A stretch of DNA of 63,252 nt, filler included, from Licmophora abbreviata (Eukaryota), in the NCBI GenBank assembly GCA_900291995.1. It is 18 parts of 18 records of this genome, joined end to end, with 100 filler letters (N's around TTAATTAATTAA, not from the genome) between each part and the next. Parts side by side here need not be neighbours in the genome. Positions count along the whole stretch, not along the records: positions 17,470 to 21,729 come from OLMU01001840.1; positions 21,830 to 29,898 come from OLMU01001841.1; positions 29,999 to 33,517 come from OLMU01001843.1; 15 more parts are not named here. One strand, 5' to 3'. The notes below the pieces were generated by a model. It saw only the letters and a program-made list of their open reading frames with translations, searched no databases and was not told the DNA's origin. Position numbers and translations under genes: made by a program. Numbering within the stretch: position 1 is the first letter of the stretch; each line of letters opens with the position of its first letter. Shown here piece after piece: positions 21,682-31,836 of the stretch.

Positions 21682-23811
21682 ATGTCCAACGATCCCCTGT
21701 TGCAGCCCTATCAGCTCAAGCACCTGACGNNNNNNNNNNNNNNNNNNNNNNNNNNNNNNNNNNNNNNNNNNNNTTAATTAATTAANNNNNNNNNNNNNNN
21801 NNNNNNNNNNNNNNNNNNNNNNNNNNNNNTGACCACCAGCCACGAACCGGCCTATCCCGAGGATGGGATGCCCAAGGACCGCTATGCCGCCTATCATGCG
21901 GAGCGGGCCAAGGCTGGCGTGGCGCTGGCGATGACGGCGGGGTCCGCTGCGGTGTCGAAGGACAGCCCGCCCGTCTTCAACAATATCCTCGCCTATCGGG
22001 ACGAGGTGGTGCCTTGGATCAAAAAGCTGACCGATGCCTGCCACGATTACGGCTGCGCGGTGATGATCCAGCTGACGCATCTTGGCCGACGCACGACCTG
22101 GAACAAGGGCGATTGGCTGCCGTCGGTGTCGTCGTCCAGACACCGCGAACCGGCGCATCGCGCCTTTCCCAAGCTGGCCGAGGATTGGGATATCGAACGC
22201 ATCATCACCGATTTCGCCGATGCCACTGAGCGCATGAAGGAAGGGGGCATGGACGGGATCGAATTGCAGGTCTATGGCCACCTGCTCGATCAATTCTGGT
22301 CGCCCCTGACCAATGATCTCCACGGCCCCTATGGCGGCGCGTCGCTTGACAGCCGGATGCAGCTGCTGATGGATGTTCTGGGCGGCGTACGCAAACGCGT
22401 GGGTGACGACTTCATCGTGGGGCTGCGTTATACTGCAGACGAGGCCGAGGCAGGCGGCATCACCGCCGAGGAAGGTCTTGAGATATCCAAGCGGCTGGCG
22501 GCCACCGGCATGGTCGATTTCCTGAATGTCGTGCGCGGGCGGATTCATACTGATCCGGCCATGACCGACCTGATCCCGATCCAAGGCATGAAGAGCGCAC
22601 CGCATCTGGATTTCGCGGGCGAGGTCAAGAAGGCCACCGGCATGCCGACCTTCCACGCAGCCAAGATCCCCGACGTGGCGACCGCCCGGCACGCCGTGGC
22701 GGCGGGGCTTCTGGACATGGTTGGCATGACCCGCGCGCATATGGCCGACCCGCATATCGTCAGGAAGATCATGGAGGGGCGCGAGGATGACATCCGCCCC
22801 TGTGTTGGCGCGACCTACTGCCTTGACCGCATTTATCAGGCGGGTGAGGCGCTGTGCATCCACAATGCCGCGACGGGCCGCGAATTGAGCATGCCGCACA
22901 CAATCGAACCGGCGGCGACCCGCAAGAGGGTGGTGATCGTCGGCGCCGGGCCTGCCGGGCTCGAAGCGGCTCGCGTCGCCGCAGAGCGGGGCCACGATGT
23001 GACGGTCTTCGAGGCCCAGCCGGATCCGGGTGGACAGATACGCCTGACCGCACAGAACCCTCGCCGCCGCGAGATGATCTCGATCATCGAATGGCGCATG
23101 GCGCAATGTGCGGCGCGCGATGTCGAATTCCGTTTCAACGCTTGGGCCGAAGCGGATGACGTCACCGCCCTGAACCCGGATGTGGTCATCGTCGCCACCG
23201 GCGGCTTGCCGAATACCCAGCTTTTCGAAAGCCGCGAGGAGCAGGAGCTGGTCGTCACGGCATGGGACATCATCGCAGGTGACATCAAGCCGGGGCGGAA
23301 TGTGCTGATCTACGACGAAAGCGGCGATCATCCCGGCGTTATGGCCGCCGAGATTGCCGCCAAGGCTGGCAGCACGGTCGAGATCATGACCCCCGACCGC
23401 ACTTTTGCGCCCGATATCATGGGGATGAACCTCGTTCCTTACATGCGTGCGCTGCAGGACAAGGATGTAACCTTCACCGTCGCCCGCCGTCTCAAGGACG
23501 TGGTGCAAGACGGCAATCAACTCAAGGCGGTGATCGGTACGGATTACAGCGACCATAAGACGGAAAAGACCTATGATCAGGTGGTGGTGAACTATGGCAC
23601 CTTGCCGATGGACGCTCTCTATTTCGATCTCAAACCGCTTTCCTCCAATGGTGGCGCCGTGGATTACAACGCCCTTATCGAAGGGCAGACGCAAGATGTG
23701 ACACGCAATCCCGAGGGGACTTTTGCCCTCTATCGCATCGGTGACGCTGTCAGCGCGCGCAATACCCACGCCGCGATCTACGATGCTTTGAGGTTGATGA
23801 AGGACATATGA
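21682..23811 (+). CDS. stcD: NADH:flavin oxidoreductase (OYE barrel + FAD/Fe-S), N-methyl-L-proline demethylase StcD-like; spans gap
   Basis: [57 protein letters not shown]. Confidence 0.72.
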
Positions 23812-23812
23812 G

Positions 23813-24841
23813 ATGCGCGCATCCCGCACGGTTCATGTCATCTCGGCCCATGCCGAAGGCGAAGTGGGCGACGTGATCGTCGGCGGTGTGCTGCCACCGC
23901 CCGGCGACACGCTCTGGGAGCAGAGCCGATGGATCGCGCAGGATGGAACCTTGCGCAACTTCATGCTGAACGAACCACGTGGAGGGGTCTTCCGCCATGT
24001 AAATCTTCTGGTGCCCCCGAAACACCCCGAGGCGGATGCCGCCTTCATCATCATGGAGCCCGAGGACACGCCGCCGATGTCGGGATCTAATTCGATCTGC
24101 GTGGCAACGGTTCTGCTCGACGGGGGCATCATCCCCACGCAAGAGCCTCGGACGCATCTCGTGCTCGAGGCGCCCGGCGGGCTGGTGCGGGTGCGGGCCG
24201 ATTGCCGCGATGGCAAGGCCGAGCGCATTCACGTGCAGAACCTGCCCTCGTTTGCCGCGGCCTTGGACCTAACGCTGGAGGTCGAGGGGATTGGCACGCT
24301 GGCGGTCGATACCGCCTATGGCGGCGATAGTTTCGTCATGGTCGACGCCACAGCGCTTGGCTTTGCACTGACCCAAAGCGAGGCGCATGACATCGCGACG
24401 CTCGGCGTGCGCATCACCAATGCAGCGAATGAACAGCTTGGCTTTACCCATCCGGAAAATCCGGATTGGCGGCATATCTCGTTCTGTCTTTTTGCCGGTC
24501 CTCTGGAACAGGGCGCACAGGGATTGGAAACTTCGGCTGCGGTCGCCATTCAGCCGGGCAAGGTCGACCGGTCTCCTACCGGTACGGCACTCTGTGCGCG
24601 TATGGCCGTGTTGCACGCCCGTGGCCAGATGCAGATCGGTGACCGCCTGACTGCGCGTTCCGTGATCGGCTCGACCTTCTCCGGCACGATTCTGGGGGAG
24701 ACACGGGTGGGCAATCGCTTGGCGATCCTGCCGGAACTCTCGGGGCGGGGATGGATCACCGGGATTCATCAGCACATGCTGGACCCGTCCGATCCTTGGC
24801 CCGAGGGTTATCGGCTGTCGGACACATGGGGCGCAAAGTGA
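23813..24841 (+). CDS. Proline racemase family; Ser/Thr catalytic pair suggests trans-3-hydroxy-L-proline dehydratase
   Basis: HAEGE, EPRG, MSGSN (Ser for Cys), DRSPTGT (Thr for Cys). Confidence 0.78.
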   Translation: MRASRTVHVISAHAEGEVGDVIVGGVLPPPGDTLWEQSRWIAQDGTLRNFMLNEPRGGVFRHVNLLVPPKHPEADAAFIIMEPEDTPPMSGSNSICVATVLLDGGIIPTQEPRTHLVLEAPGGLVRVRADCRDGKAERIHVQNLPSFAAALDLTLEVEGIGTLAVDTAYGGDSFVMVDATALGFALTQSEAHDIATLGVRITNAANEQLGFTHPENPDWRHISFCLFAGPLEQGAQGLETSAAVAIQPGKVDRSPTGTALCARMAVLHARGQMQIGDRLTARSVIGSTFSGTILGETRVGNRLAILPELSGRGWITGIHQHMLDPSDPWPEGYRLSDTWGAK

Positions 24842-25021
24842 TGCGCATGCTGGCCATGGCACCGCTGAACCTGATTGGCGCATTCGGGGTCAGATCCGTG
24901 CCACCTGAAGCCACGCGAGGCACGGCTGACTTGTGCCGCGGACTCAGAACAGATCCGCCACACGGCTCAGCCTTGGCGGACATTGAACATATGGCATCAC
25001 TGTGTGGCGAATGCTTTTGAG

Positions 25022-25483
25022 GGTGCTGTCAGACGAGGTGTTTGATCCCATGGTTTGATGGTGCGATCCTTTCTCAGGAATGGAAGGAAGCGTTGTGGGA
25101 CAAGTTCGTCACGGGAGCGCCAAGACCACGCATGCCTCCAGGGGTCGTGCCTCTCGCAGTTGATCGTCACGAACATCTCTTCGAGATGCCCGCGCCAAGA
25201 GCCGATTTCATTCCGGCCACGCGGCGCTGTTTGATCTCCGCCGCGAAGAGGGGGCGAAAGCTTTGCGACCAATGCCGCACCGCACCGTGGCTGACATCGA
25301 TACCTCGTTCGTGAAGCAGGTCCTCGGCGTTGCGCAGCGACAGCAGAAACCGGACATTAAGCATAAAGGCCAGCCGGATAATGTCCCGGCCGGTTTTGAA
25401 ATGCTCGAATGGATCGCGTTTTGCCATCGGGCAGGCTAAGGCGGCGCCGGTTGCGCCTCAACCCGGTTTCCTCGGACATTGCC
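25022..25483 (-). mobile_element. Degenerate, internally deleted IS6-family element with transposase pseudogene
   Basis: MAKRDPFEHFKT..IIRLA...SLRNAEDLLHERGIDVSH (from 25427), then frameshifted W.HLEEMFVTIN; imperfect terminal IRs GGTGCTGTCAGA (25022) and GGCAATGTCCGA (25483, reverse). Confidence 0.85.
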
Positions 25484-25579
25484 AGGCTGTTGCATGGGGC
25501 GGTCGGCACGGGTCTTGCGTCTCGAAAAACCCACGGTACCCTGAAGCCCTTGATAGATTGATTGCGAAAGGATTTCCCG

Positions 25580-25945
25580 GTGAACAAGAAGATTTTTCTG
25601 TGTGCTGTTCTGCTCGCGCTGCCATTGACGTTGGCAGGGGAGGCGCAGGCGCGCAGCCTAGGCAGTATTTTGAACGATTCAGGTCTTTCCCCCGAGGATA
25701 TCTCGGGTATGGAAAAAGCCGCGCGACAACTTTACGAGCCGATGGGGCGCACCGACGATGCGCGGCGCTGGAGCAATTCCAGAAGCCGCTCGACGGGGCT
25801 TGTGACGCTTGGCCAGAAACAGGGGAACTGTGTCGAGCTGGTGCATCGTTTCAGCACCGTGAAACGGCCGGAGCCAGTCACGTTTCGCATATGGCGTTGC
25901 CGCACGGCAGAGGGGGACTGGCGCATCAGCCCTGGGCCGAACTGA
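25580..25945 (+). CDS. Small exported protein, 17-kDa surface-antigen-like fold
   Basis: GTG start with RBS AAAGGA; signal peptide ending AQA; W.N..S...G, C, CR...G.W pattern. Confidence 0.6.
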   Translation: MNKKIFLCAVLLALPLTLAGEAQARSLGSILNDSGLSPEDISGMEKAARQLYEPMGRTDDARRWSNSRSRSTGLVTLGQKQGNCVELVHRFSTVKRPEPVTFRIWRCRTAEGDWRISPGPN

Positions 25946-26136
25946 CGCGGGTGCAATTTGTGCCGCCCATCGCATGGCCAGATCCGCATTTGATGGTGGC
26001 GGAAATCCCGACGCCATGAGCCGTGTCACGGCCTGAACAAGATCGCTCGGAGCTTGAAGCGTGGGCATAATCCGGGTCGTTTCAAGCTGTTCGCGCGAAC
26101 CGCTGCGTGGTGTCGCGCGTCGTCCGTTGTGGCGCG

Positions 26137-26550
26137 TCAGTCGCTTTCCGGACGGTAGGCGCAATCGGCCAGCGTGCTGCGGTTGAGATCGGCAATGAAG
26201 GCCGCCTCGGCATGGGCCAGCCGCGCCTTCAACCGGCAGTGCGGTGTCAATGTGCAGGTATTGGCGTTGGTTGCAAAGCATTCCACAAGCGCTTGGTCGG
26301 TCTCGAGTAGGGCCACCACATCGCCCAGCAAGATATCCTCGGGGGCACGTGCCAGCGTCGCGCCGCCCCCGCCGCCGCGCCGGGTGTCCAAAAGCCCCGC
26401 CGCAGCAAGCGCCGAGATCACCTTGGCCAGATGGTTGCGAGAGATGCGGAACTCGGCGGCAAGGTCGGCTGCCGTAAAGGCGCAGCCGGGATCGGCTGCC
26501 ATGCGCATCAGCACGCGTAGCCCGTAGTCGGTGAAAGAGGTGAGGCGCAT
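26137..26550 (-). CDS. nsrR: Rrf2-family regulator, NsrR-like
   Basis: MRLTSFTDYGLRVL, SRNHLAKV, RGGGGG, three Cys in VECFATNANTCTLTPHCRLK; divergent from ric. Confidence 0.85.
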   Translation of the reverse strand: MRLTSFTDYGLRVLMRMAADPGCAFTAADLAAEFRISRNHLAKVISALAAAGLLDTRRGGGGGATLARAPEDILLGDVVALLETDQALVECFATNANTCTLTPHCRLKARLAHAEAAFIADLNRSTLADCAYRPESD

Positions 26551-26563
26551 GGTCGCGCTCCTG

Positions 26564-26618
26564 ATTTGGTATTTGCAATGCGCATTTCGCGAGATTAATC
26601 GGTAAATGAAATACCAAT
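26564..26618. promoter_or_regulatory. Two candidate NsrR boxes
   Basis: GGTATTTGCAATGCG (26568) and GGTAAATGAAATACC (26601); outer arms TTGGTATTT / AAATACCAA form an inverted repeat. Confidence 0.55.
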
Positions 26619-26657
26619 TCTTCCGTGATGACACACGCGCTCGGGAAAGGCTTTACC

Positions 26658-27143
26658 ATGCAACATCATGCAAACACCACAGTCCCGCAGGAAACCGGTG
26701 CGCTGATCGACCACATCATCAGAAATTACCACGAGATGCACAGGGCGGATCTTCTGTCGCTGGTGCCTCTGGCGGAACGGGTCGAACAGGTCCATGCGGA
26801 CGATCCGGACGTGCCGACGGGCCTTGCTTGTGCGTTGGACAAACTGGCACGCGAGATGGAAGATCACATGGCCAAGGAAGAAATGATCCTGTTTCCGGCC
26901 ATGCGGGCGGGCGGAGGAACGGGGATCGAGCATCCCATCGCGGTGATGCGCGCCGACCATGACGATCATGCCGGCAACATCGCACTGATCCGCCAACTGA
27001 CACGGGACCTCACACCGCCCGAGCACGCCTGTGGATCATGGCGCTCGCTTTATGCCGGTACAGCGACGCTGCTTGATGAACTGGCCGCTCATATCGCGCT
27101 GGAGAACGAGGTGCTGTTCCCGCGGTTCGAGTCAACCGTCTGA
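26658..27143 (+). CDS. ric: Di-iron hemerythrin-domain protein, Ric/YtfE/DnrN-like, lacking the N-terminal ScdA domain
   Basis: HMAKEEMILFP, PIAVMRADH, ACGSWRSLY, HIALENEVLFP. Confidence 0.82.
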   Translation: MQHHANTTVPQETGALIDHIIRNYHEMHRADLLSLVPLAERVEQVHADDPDVPTGLACALDKLAREMEDHMAKEEMILFPAMRAGGGTGIEHPIAVMRADHDDHAGNIALIRQLTRDLTPPEHACGSWRSLYAGTATLLDELAAHIALENEVLFPRFESTV

Positions 27144-27155
27144 GAGGGTCGGCCC

Positions 27156-27677
27156 ATGAACACCGGCATCGAGACAGCGTCTTCACCCTGTGCGCCGGGC
27201 AGTGGCCTGGTATCGCGCCTTGCCTGTGGCATGGTCCAGCCGTTCCTGACGCACATCGTTCGTCGCATTGCCACGCGACATCCGTCGATCTTTGCCCGTC
27301 TTGGTCCTCATCTGGGCACGGATTTCCTGATTGACCCGATCGATCTGCCTTTTGTTCTGTGGTTGCGTCCGGACCCGAGCGCGCTGGTGTTTCGTGCCGT
27401 GCCGCGCGATGCCATGCCTCCTGCGGGGGCGGTGATCCGCGGGCGGTTCATGCTGTTGCTTGAGCTGATCGATTCCCAAGAGGACGGCGATGCTGCGTTC
27501 TTTTCGCGCGATCTAGACGTGACCGGAGACACTGAAGCCGTCGTGCGCCTGCGCAATGCTTTGGATGATGTGGACACGTCCATCGCCGAGGACACCGCTG
27601 CGATGTTCGGCGCTCCGGGGCGGGCCATTCTGGCGCGTTTGCGGCGCGGCTATATTGCTGACATGGAGAAGGATTAA
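27156..27677 (+). CDS. ubiT: SCP2-domain accessory factor UbiT
   Basis: EDGDAAFFSRDLDVTGDTEAVVRLRNALD; adjacent to ubiUV. Confidence 0.88.
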   Translation: MNTGIETASSPCAPGSGLVSRLACGMVQPFLTHIVRRIATRHPSIFARLGPHLGTDFLIDPIDLPFVLWLRPDPSALVFRAVPRDAMPPAGAVIRGRFMLLLELIDSQEDGDAAFFSRDLDVTGDTEAVVRLRNALDDVDTSIAEDTAAMFGAPGRAILARLRRGYIADMEKD

Positions 27678-27683
27678 ACCAGA

Positions 27684-28682
27684 ATGACACTTGCTGAACT
27701 GATTTGTCCCGCGGGCACACCGGCAGCCCTGCGCACGGCGGTCGATGCGGGCGCCGATGCGGTTTATTGCGGCTTTCAAGATGCGACCAACGCGCGCAAT
27801 TTTCCCGGCTTGAATTTCACGCCGGAAGAACTGGGTGACGCCGTTGCCTACGCACATGCGAAGGGCACCAAGGTGCTTTTGGCGCTCAATACCTACCCAC
27901 CGGCGGGCAAGGTGGATCTTTGGCGGCACGCTGCGGATCTGGGTGTCAGGCTGGGTGTCGATGCTTTTATCGTGGCCGACATGGGCGTGGCCGATTACAT
28001 CGCCCGCACCTATCCCCAAGCGCGTTTGCATCTATCGGTGCAAGCGGCGGCCTCTTCGCCAGAGGCCATCCGGTATTATTGCGAAAATTTCGGGGTCAGG
28101 CGCGTCGTTCTCCCGCGCATCCTGACGATCCCCGAGATACGTCAGATACGCTTGGAAATCCCTTGCGAAATCGAAACCTTCATCTTCGGCAACCACGGGC
28201 TGATGGTGGAGGGGCGATGCAGCCTGACAAATTATCTCACCGGGCAATCGACCAATATGGACGGCGTCTGCTCGCCCGCTTCGGACGTTGAATATGCGCG
28301 CCACGAGGATGGGTCGATGTCATCCCAGCTTGCCGGCTTCACAATTGACCGCTTTGGGCCTGACGAAAAGGCGGGATATCCGACGATCTGCAAAGGGCGC
28401 TATACTGCGCCAAACCGCGCGCAGAGCTACTACGCCTTCGAAGAGCCGATCAGTCTGAACCTGTCTCGGCTGTTGCCAGACCTTATCGACGCGGGCGTTC
28501 ACGCGTTCAAGATCGAAGGCCGCCAACGATCCAAGAGCTACGTGCGCAATGTCGTCAGGGCCTTCCGGCAGGCAGTTGATGACATTCGCAACGGCCGCGC
28601 CGCCAATATCGCCGATCTGGTTGCGCTGACCGAAGGGCAGAAACAGACGCAGGGCGCGTTCGAAACCAAGAAATGGCGGTGA
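27684..28682 (+). CDS. ubiU: O2-independent ubiquinone hydroxylase UbiU (U32 family)
   Basis: ELICPAG, TNARNFPGLNF, RLHLSVQA, EGRC, GYPTICKGR, KIEGRQRS. Confidence 0.92.
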   Translation: MTLAELICPAGTPAALRTAVDAGADAVYCGFQDATNARNFPGLNFTPEELGDAVAYAHAKGTKVLLALNTYPPAGKVDLWRHAADLGVRLGVDAFIVADMGVADYIARTYPQARLHLSVQAAASSPEAIRYYCENFGVRRVVLPRILTIPEIRQIRLEIPCEIETFIFGNHGLMVEGRCSLTNYLTGQSTNMDGVCSPASDVEYARHEDGSMSSQLAGFTIDRFGPDEKAGYPTICKGRYTAPNRAQSYYAFEEPISLNLSRLLPDLIDAGVHAFKIEGRQRSKSYVRNVVRAFRQAVDDIRNGRAANIADLVALTEGQKQTQGAFETKKWR

Positions 28683-28687
28683 AGCAC

Positions 28688-29602
28688 ATGAAAACGAAAC
28701 TCACTCTTGGCCCGATTGTCTATCATTGGTCCGCTGAAAAGCGGCGCGACTTTTACGCGCGCATCGCCGACGAGGCGCCGGTGGACGAAGTCTATCTGGG
28801 TGAAGTGATCTGTTCGAAGCGCGCGCCGTTCCATGAGGGCGATCTGCCCGAGACCATCGCGCGGCTGGAACGTGCGGGCAAGACGGTGATTGTCTCGACC
28901 CTAGCCGAGGTCATGCTCAAGCGGGAACGCAAGGCGACCGATGATTTGGCGGCGATGGACATGCCGGAAATCGAAGTGAACAACGCCGCAGGTCTTTATG
29001 CGCGCCGTCGGGCGCCGCATCGTATCGGCCCGTTCATGAATGCCTATAACGAGGCGACCATTCGTTGGATGGCGGGGCAGGGCGCAACGCATATGTGCCT
29101 TCCCACCGAATTGCCCGCCGAGGCGATCGCTGTGGCGGCCAGGTCAGCCCGCGATCTGGGCCTTGGGGTCGAGGTGCAGGTCTTTGGGCGCGCCTCGCTT
29201 GCGGTCTCAGCACGCTGCTATCATGCCCGTGCCCATGGCCGGACCAAGGATAACTGCCAATTCGTTTGCGAGCAGGATCTGGACGGAATGCCGCTCCGCA
29301 CGACCGACGACCGGGCCTTCCTCAGGGTGAACGGAATTCAGACACAGTCCGAAAGCTATGTCGATCTGTTGCCCGAGCTCGGGCGGTTGATGGTCGATGG
29401 GGTGACGCATTTGCGGCTGATGCCGCAGGATGTCGACATGGTTGCAGTCGCGACTGCCTTCAATGCCACGTTGGACGGCACGCTTTCAATTGATGAGGCG
29501 GATCGCCAGCTGGCCGAGCTGAGTGGAGCAGTAAGGCGGAGCAATGGATTTTATCACGGAACCGCAGGATATCGGCGGATCGCAATGGCTGCGCCGACCT
29601 GA
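28688..29602 (+). CDS. ubiV: O2-independent ubiquinone hydroxylase UbiV (U32 family)
   Basis: KLTLGP, YLGEVICSKR, SARCYHAR, NCQFVC, NGIQTQS. Confidence 0.92.
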   Translation: MKTKLTLGPIVYHWSAEKRRDFYARIADEAPVDEVYLGEVICSKRAPFHEGDLPETIARLERAGKTVIVSTLAEVMLKRERKATDDLAAMDMPEIEVNNAAGLYARRRAPHRIGPFMNAYNEATIRWMAGQGATHMCLPTELPAEAIAVAARSARDLGLGVEVQVFGRASLAVSARCYHARAHGRTKDNCQFVCEQDLDGMPLRTTDDRAFLRVNGIQTQSESYVDLLPELGRLMVDGVTHLRLMPQDVDMVAVATAFNATLDGTLSIDEADRQLAELSGAVRRSNGFYHGTAGYRRIAMAAPT

Positions 29603-29623
29603 GCGCGCCGAGGAGACTGACAC

Positions 29624-30186
29624 ATGACAGCAACGACGGCTGAACAGATGCGCGCCTGGTCCGGCCCTGCGATCCTGAGCTATGGGTTCAGACCCTTCTT
29701 TTTCGGAGCATCGGTCTGCGCCCTCTTGGCAATGCTCCTCTGGGTGCCGATGCTGTCGGGGCATCTGATGTTGCCCATCGCCTTTGATCCGGTGAGCTGG
29801 CACGCGCATGAGTTTCTTTTCGGGTATCTCGGGGCTGTCGTCGCAGGGTTCCTGCTGACCGCGGTGCCGAACTGGACGGGGCGCCTGCCCATCGTGGGNN
29901 NNNNNNNNNNNNNNNNNNNNNNNNNNNNNNNNNNNNNNNNNNTTAATTAATTAANNNNNNNNNNNNNNNNNNNNNNNNNNNNNNNNNNNNNNNNNNNNCG
30001 GGGACCGTCGCGATCTATCTGGCTCTGGTCCTGTCGGTCTTCGCGCGGGTCGCAGCCGGAATTTGGCCAGATCTTGCGGGTGCGCTTCACATGCTGGCAG
30101 GTCTTTTCTGGGTCCTTTCGTTCGGTGGCTTTGCCGTAGTCTATGGCGCGCTTCTGCTCCGTCCTCCCGCGGCCAAGCGGGTCTGA
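29624..30186 (+). CDS. nnrS: NnrS family protein; central part missing in gap
   Basis: GFRPFF, WHAHEFLFG, GFLLTAVPNWTG; C-terminal TM segment after the gap. Confidence 0.88.
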
Positions 30187-30198
30187 AGGTGCGCGCCC

Positions 30199-30864
30199 GT
30201 GGCATGGGGTGAGTTCGTCATGGCCTATGCGGTGTTCTTCCTGTCGCATTCCATGCCGGTGCGCCCGCCGCTGCGGTCTTGGCTTCAGGCGCGCCTTGGC
30301 CCCTCCGGGTTCACGCTGGCCTATTCCGCGCTTTCCCTTGCGGCACTTGCCTGGCTGATTGGGTCGGCAGGACGCGCCCCCTTTGTGCCGCTTTGGGGGT
30401 GGGCGTGGTGGCAGGCCTTTGTCCCGCTGGTCGTTATGCTGCCGGTTTGCCTGATCCTTGCAGTCAGTATCGCCCGGCCCAATCCGTTCTCTTTCGGCGG
30501 TGCGCGGACTGAGCGTTTCGACCCTGTGCGGCCAGGCATCGTTCGCTGGTCGCGCCATCCGCTCTTGCTGTCGTTGGCCCTATGGGCGGCGGCCCATATC
30601 GTGCCGAACGGGGATCTGGCGCATGTCATTCTGTTTGGCACCTTTGCGACGTTCGCGGTGCTTGGCAGGCGCCTCATAGACAGGCGCAAAAAGCGCGCGA
30701 TGGGCGCGCAGTGGCAGCGCCTGCGCGAGGCTGTCGCAACTTCGCCGCCGGTTTCATGGTGTTTGTCGCGTGCGATGTTGATACGCCTTTTGGCAGGCGC
30801 GTGCCTTTATATCGGGCTCGTTCTGGCGCACCCGGTCCTCTTCGGTGTCAGCCCGTTGCCGTGA
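30199..30864 (+). CDS. nnrU: NnrU family protein
   Basis: FFLSHS, GIVRWSRHP, WAAAHIVPNGDLA, HPVLFGVSP. Confidence 0.88.
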   Translation: MAWGEFVMAYAVFFLSHSMPVRPPLRSWLQARLGPSGFTLAYSALSLAALAWLIGSAGRAPFVPLWGWAWWQAFVPLVVMLPVCLILAVSIARPNPFSFGGARTERFDPVRPGIVRWSRHPLLLSLALWAAAHIVPNGDLAHVILFGTFATFAVLGRRLIDRRKKRAMGAQWQRLREAVATSPPVSWCLSRAMLIRLLAGACLYIGLVLAHPVLFGVSPLP

Positions 30865-30884
30865 CACTCAGACCTTGGCTGCTT

Positions 30885-31583
30885 TCACGTCGAAAAGTCG
30901 TCGATGAGGGGATTTGGCTTTGCGAACCGCTCAAGATCCTTCTGGTCGTCGATGGTGATGAGGGTGCCGTTGACCTTCACGCCGTAAGGTTGCAGGCCCT
31001 TGAAGGCCCGGCTGAGGTTTTCCGGCGTCATTCCCAGCACCGAGGCCAGACGGCGCTTTTCGAAAGCAAGATTGAACTCGGCCCCGCCACCAGCGTGGCT
31101 TTGCTGCCTGATGAGGAAGTTCGCGAGCCGTTCAAGCGAGGAGCGCAGCTTGAGATCCTTCTGTGCCTTGATGACAGAACGATAGCACTGTGCAAGCTCT
31201 GTCACGATCGCGCGGGCAAAGTTGCTGTCGGTATCGAAGATCGCACGCACATCCTGACTTGGAATAAGCACGATCCGGCTTTTCTCCAACGTTCGGGCCG
31301 ACATCAGATAGGGCGCATCCTTGACCGTCGCGGCAAGAATGAACGTGGAGATTGGCCGCACGGTGGCCATGCTGGTTTCCCTGTCATTCCACGACGAGAA
31401 CAGATCCACCGAACCCGACAGAACGATATGCAGAAAATCGCTCGGCTCTCCTTCGGTGATCAGTTCGATCTGCGCAGGGAAATTCTGCACATAGGCACCG
31501 CGCATCAAAGAGGTGAAATGCTCATCTGCCATTTCAGCGAAAAGATCGAGTGTGCGAATGTCCCGGTAGTCCGAGTCGGGCAT
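30885..31583 (-). CDS. narR: Crp/Fnr-family regulator, NarR-like
   Basis: cNMP-like domain without FNR Cys cluster; HTH LASVLGMTPENLSR; divergent from narK as in Paracoccus; RBS GGAGG. Confidence 0.75.
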   Translation of the reverse strand: MPDSDYRDIRTLDLFAEMADEHFTSLMRGAYVQNFPAQIELITEGEPSDFLHIVLSGSVDLFSSWNDRETSMATVRPISTFILAATVKDAPYLMSARTLEKSRIVLIPSQDVRAIFDTDSNFARAIVTELAQCYRSVIKAQKDLKLRSSLERLANFLIRQQSHAGGGAEFNLAFEKRRLASVLGMTPENLSRAFKGLQPYGVKVNGTLITIDDQKDLERFAKPNPLIDDFST

Positions 31584-31603
31584 ATCTACCTCCCGTGAGC
31601 GAT

Positions 31604-31617
31604 TTGACAATTATCAA
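31604..31617. promoter_or_regulatory. FNR/Dnr-type box
   Basis: TTGAC-AATT-ATCAA, one mismatch to TTGAT-N4-ATCAA. Confidence 0.7.
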
Positions 31618-31739
31618 TCGTAGGTTTGATAAATGGCGAGATGGCAATTGATCCACGCAGCCCGCGCCTTGATCCAACCCGGCGGCAGATATGACAAAAT
31701 CCCGTAAGCTAATTATTTCATTACGCTTTTAACAGGTTT

Positions 31740-31753
31740 ATGATCCAGATCAA
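31740..31753. promoter_or_regulatory. FNR/NarR-type box upstream of narK
   Basis: ATGAT-CCAG-ATCAA, one mismatch, 83 nt before the narK ATG. Confidence 0.7.
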
Positions 31754-31836
31754 GTTTTCCGGTCTGCACTGCCGTCAGGTCTGGCGCTGATCCCCCTCCA
31801 AGCGGGGACGATGCCATTCTTGCCGGAGACCCTGCC

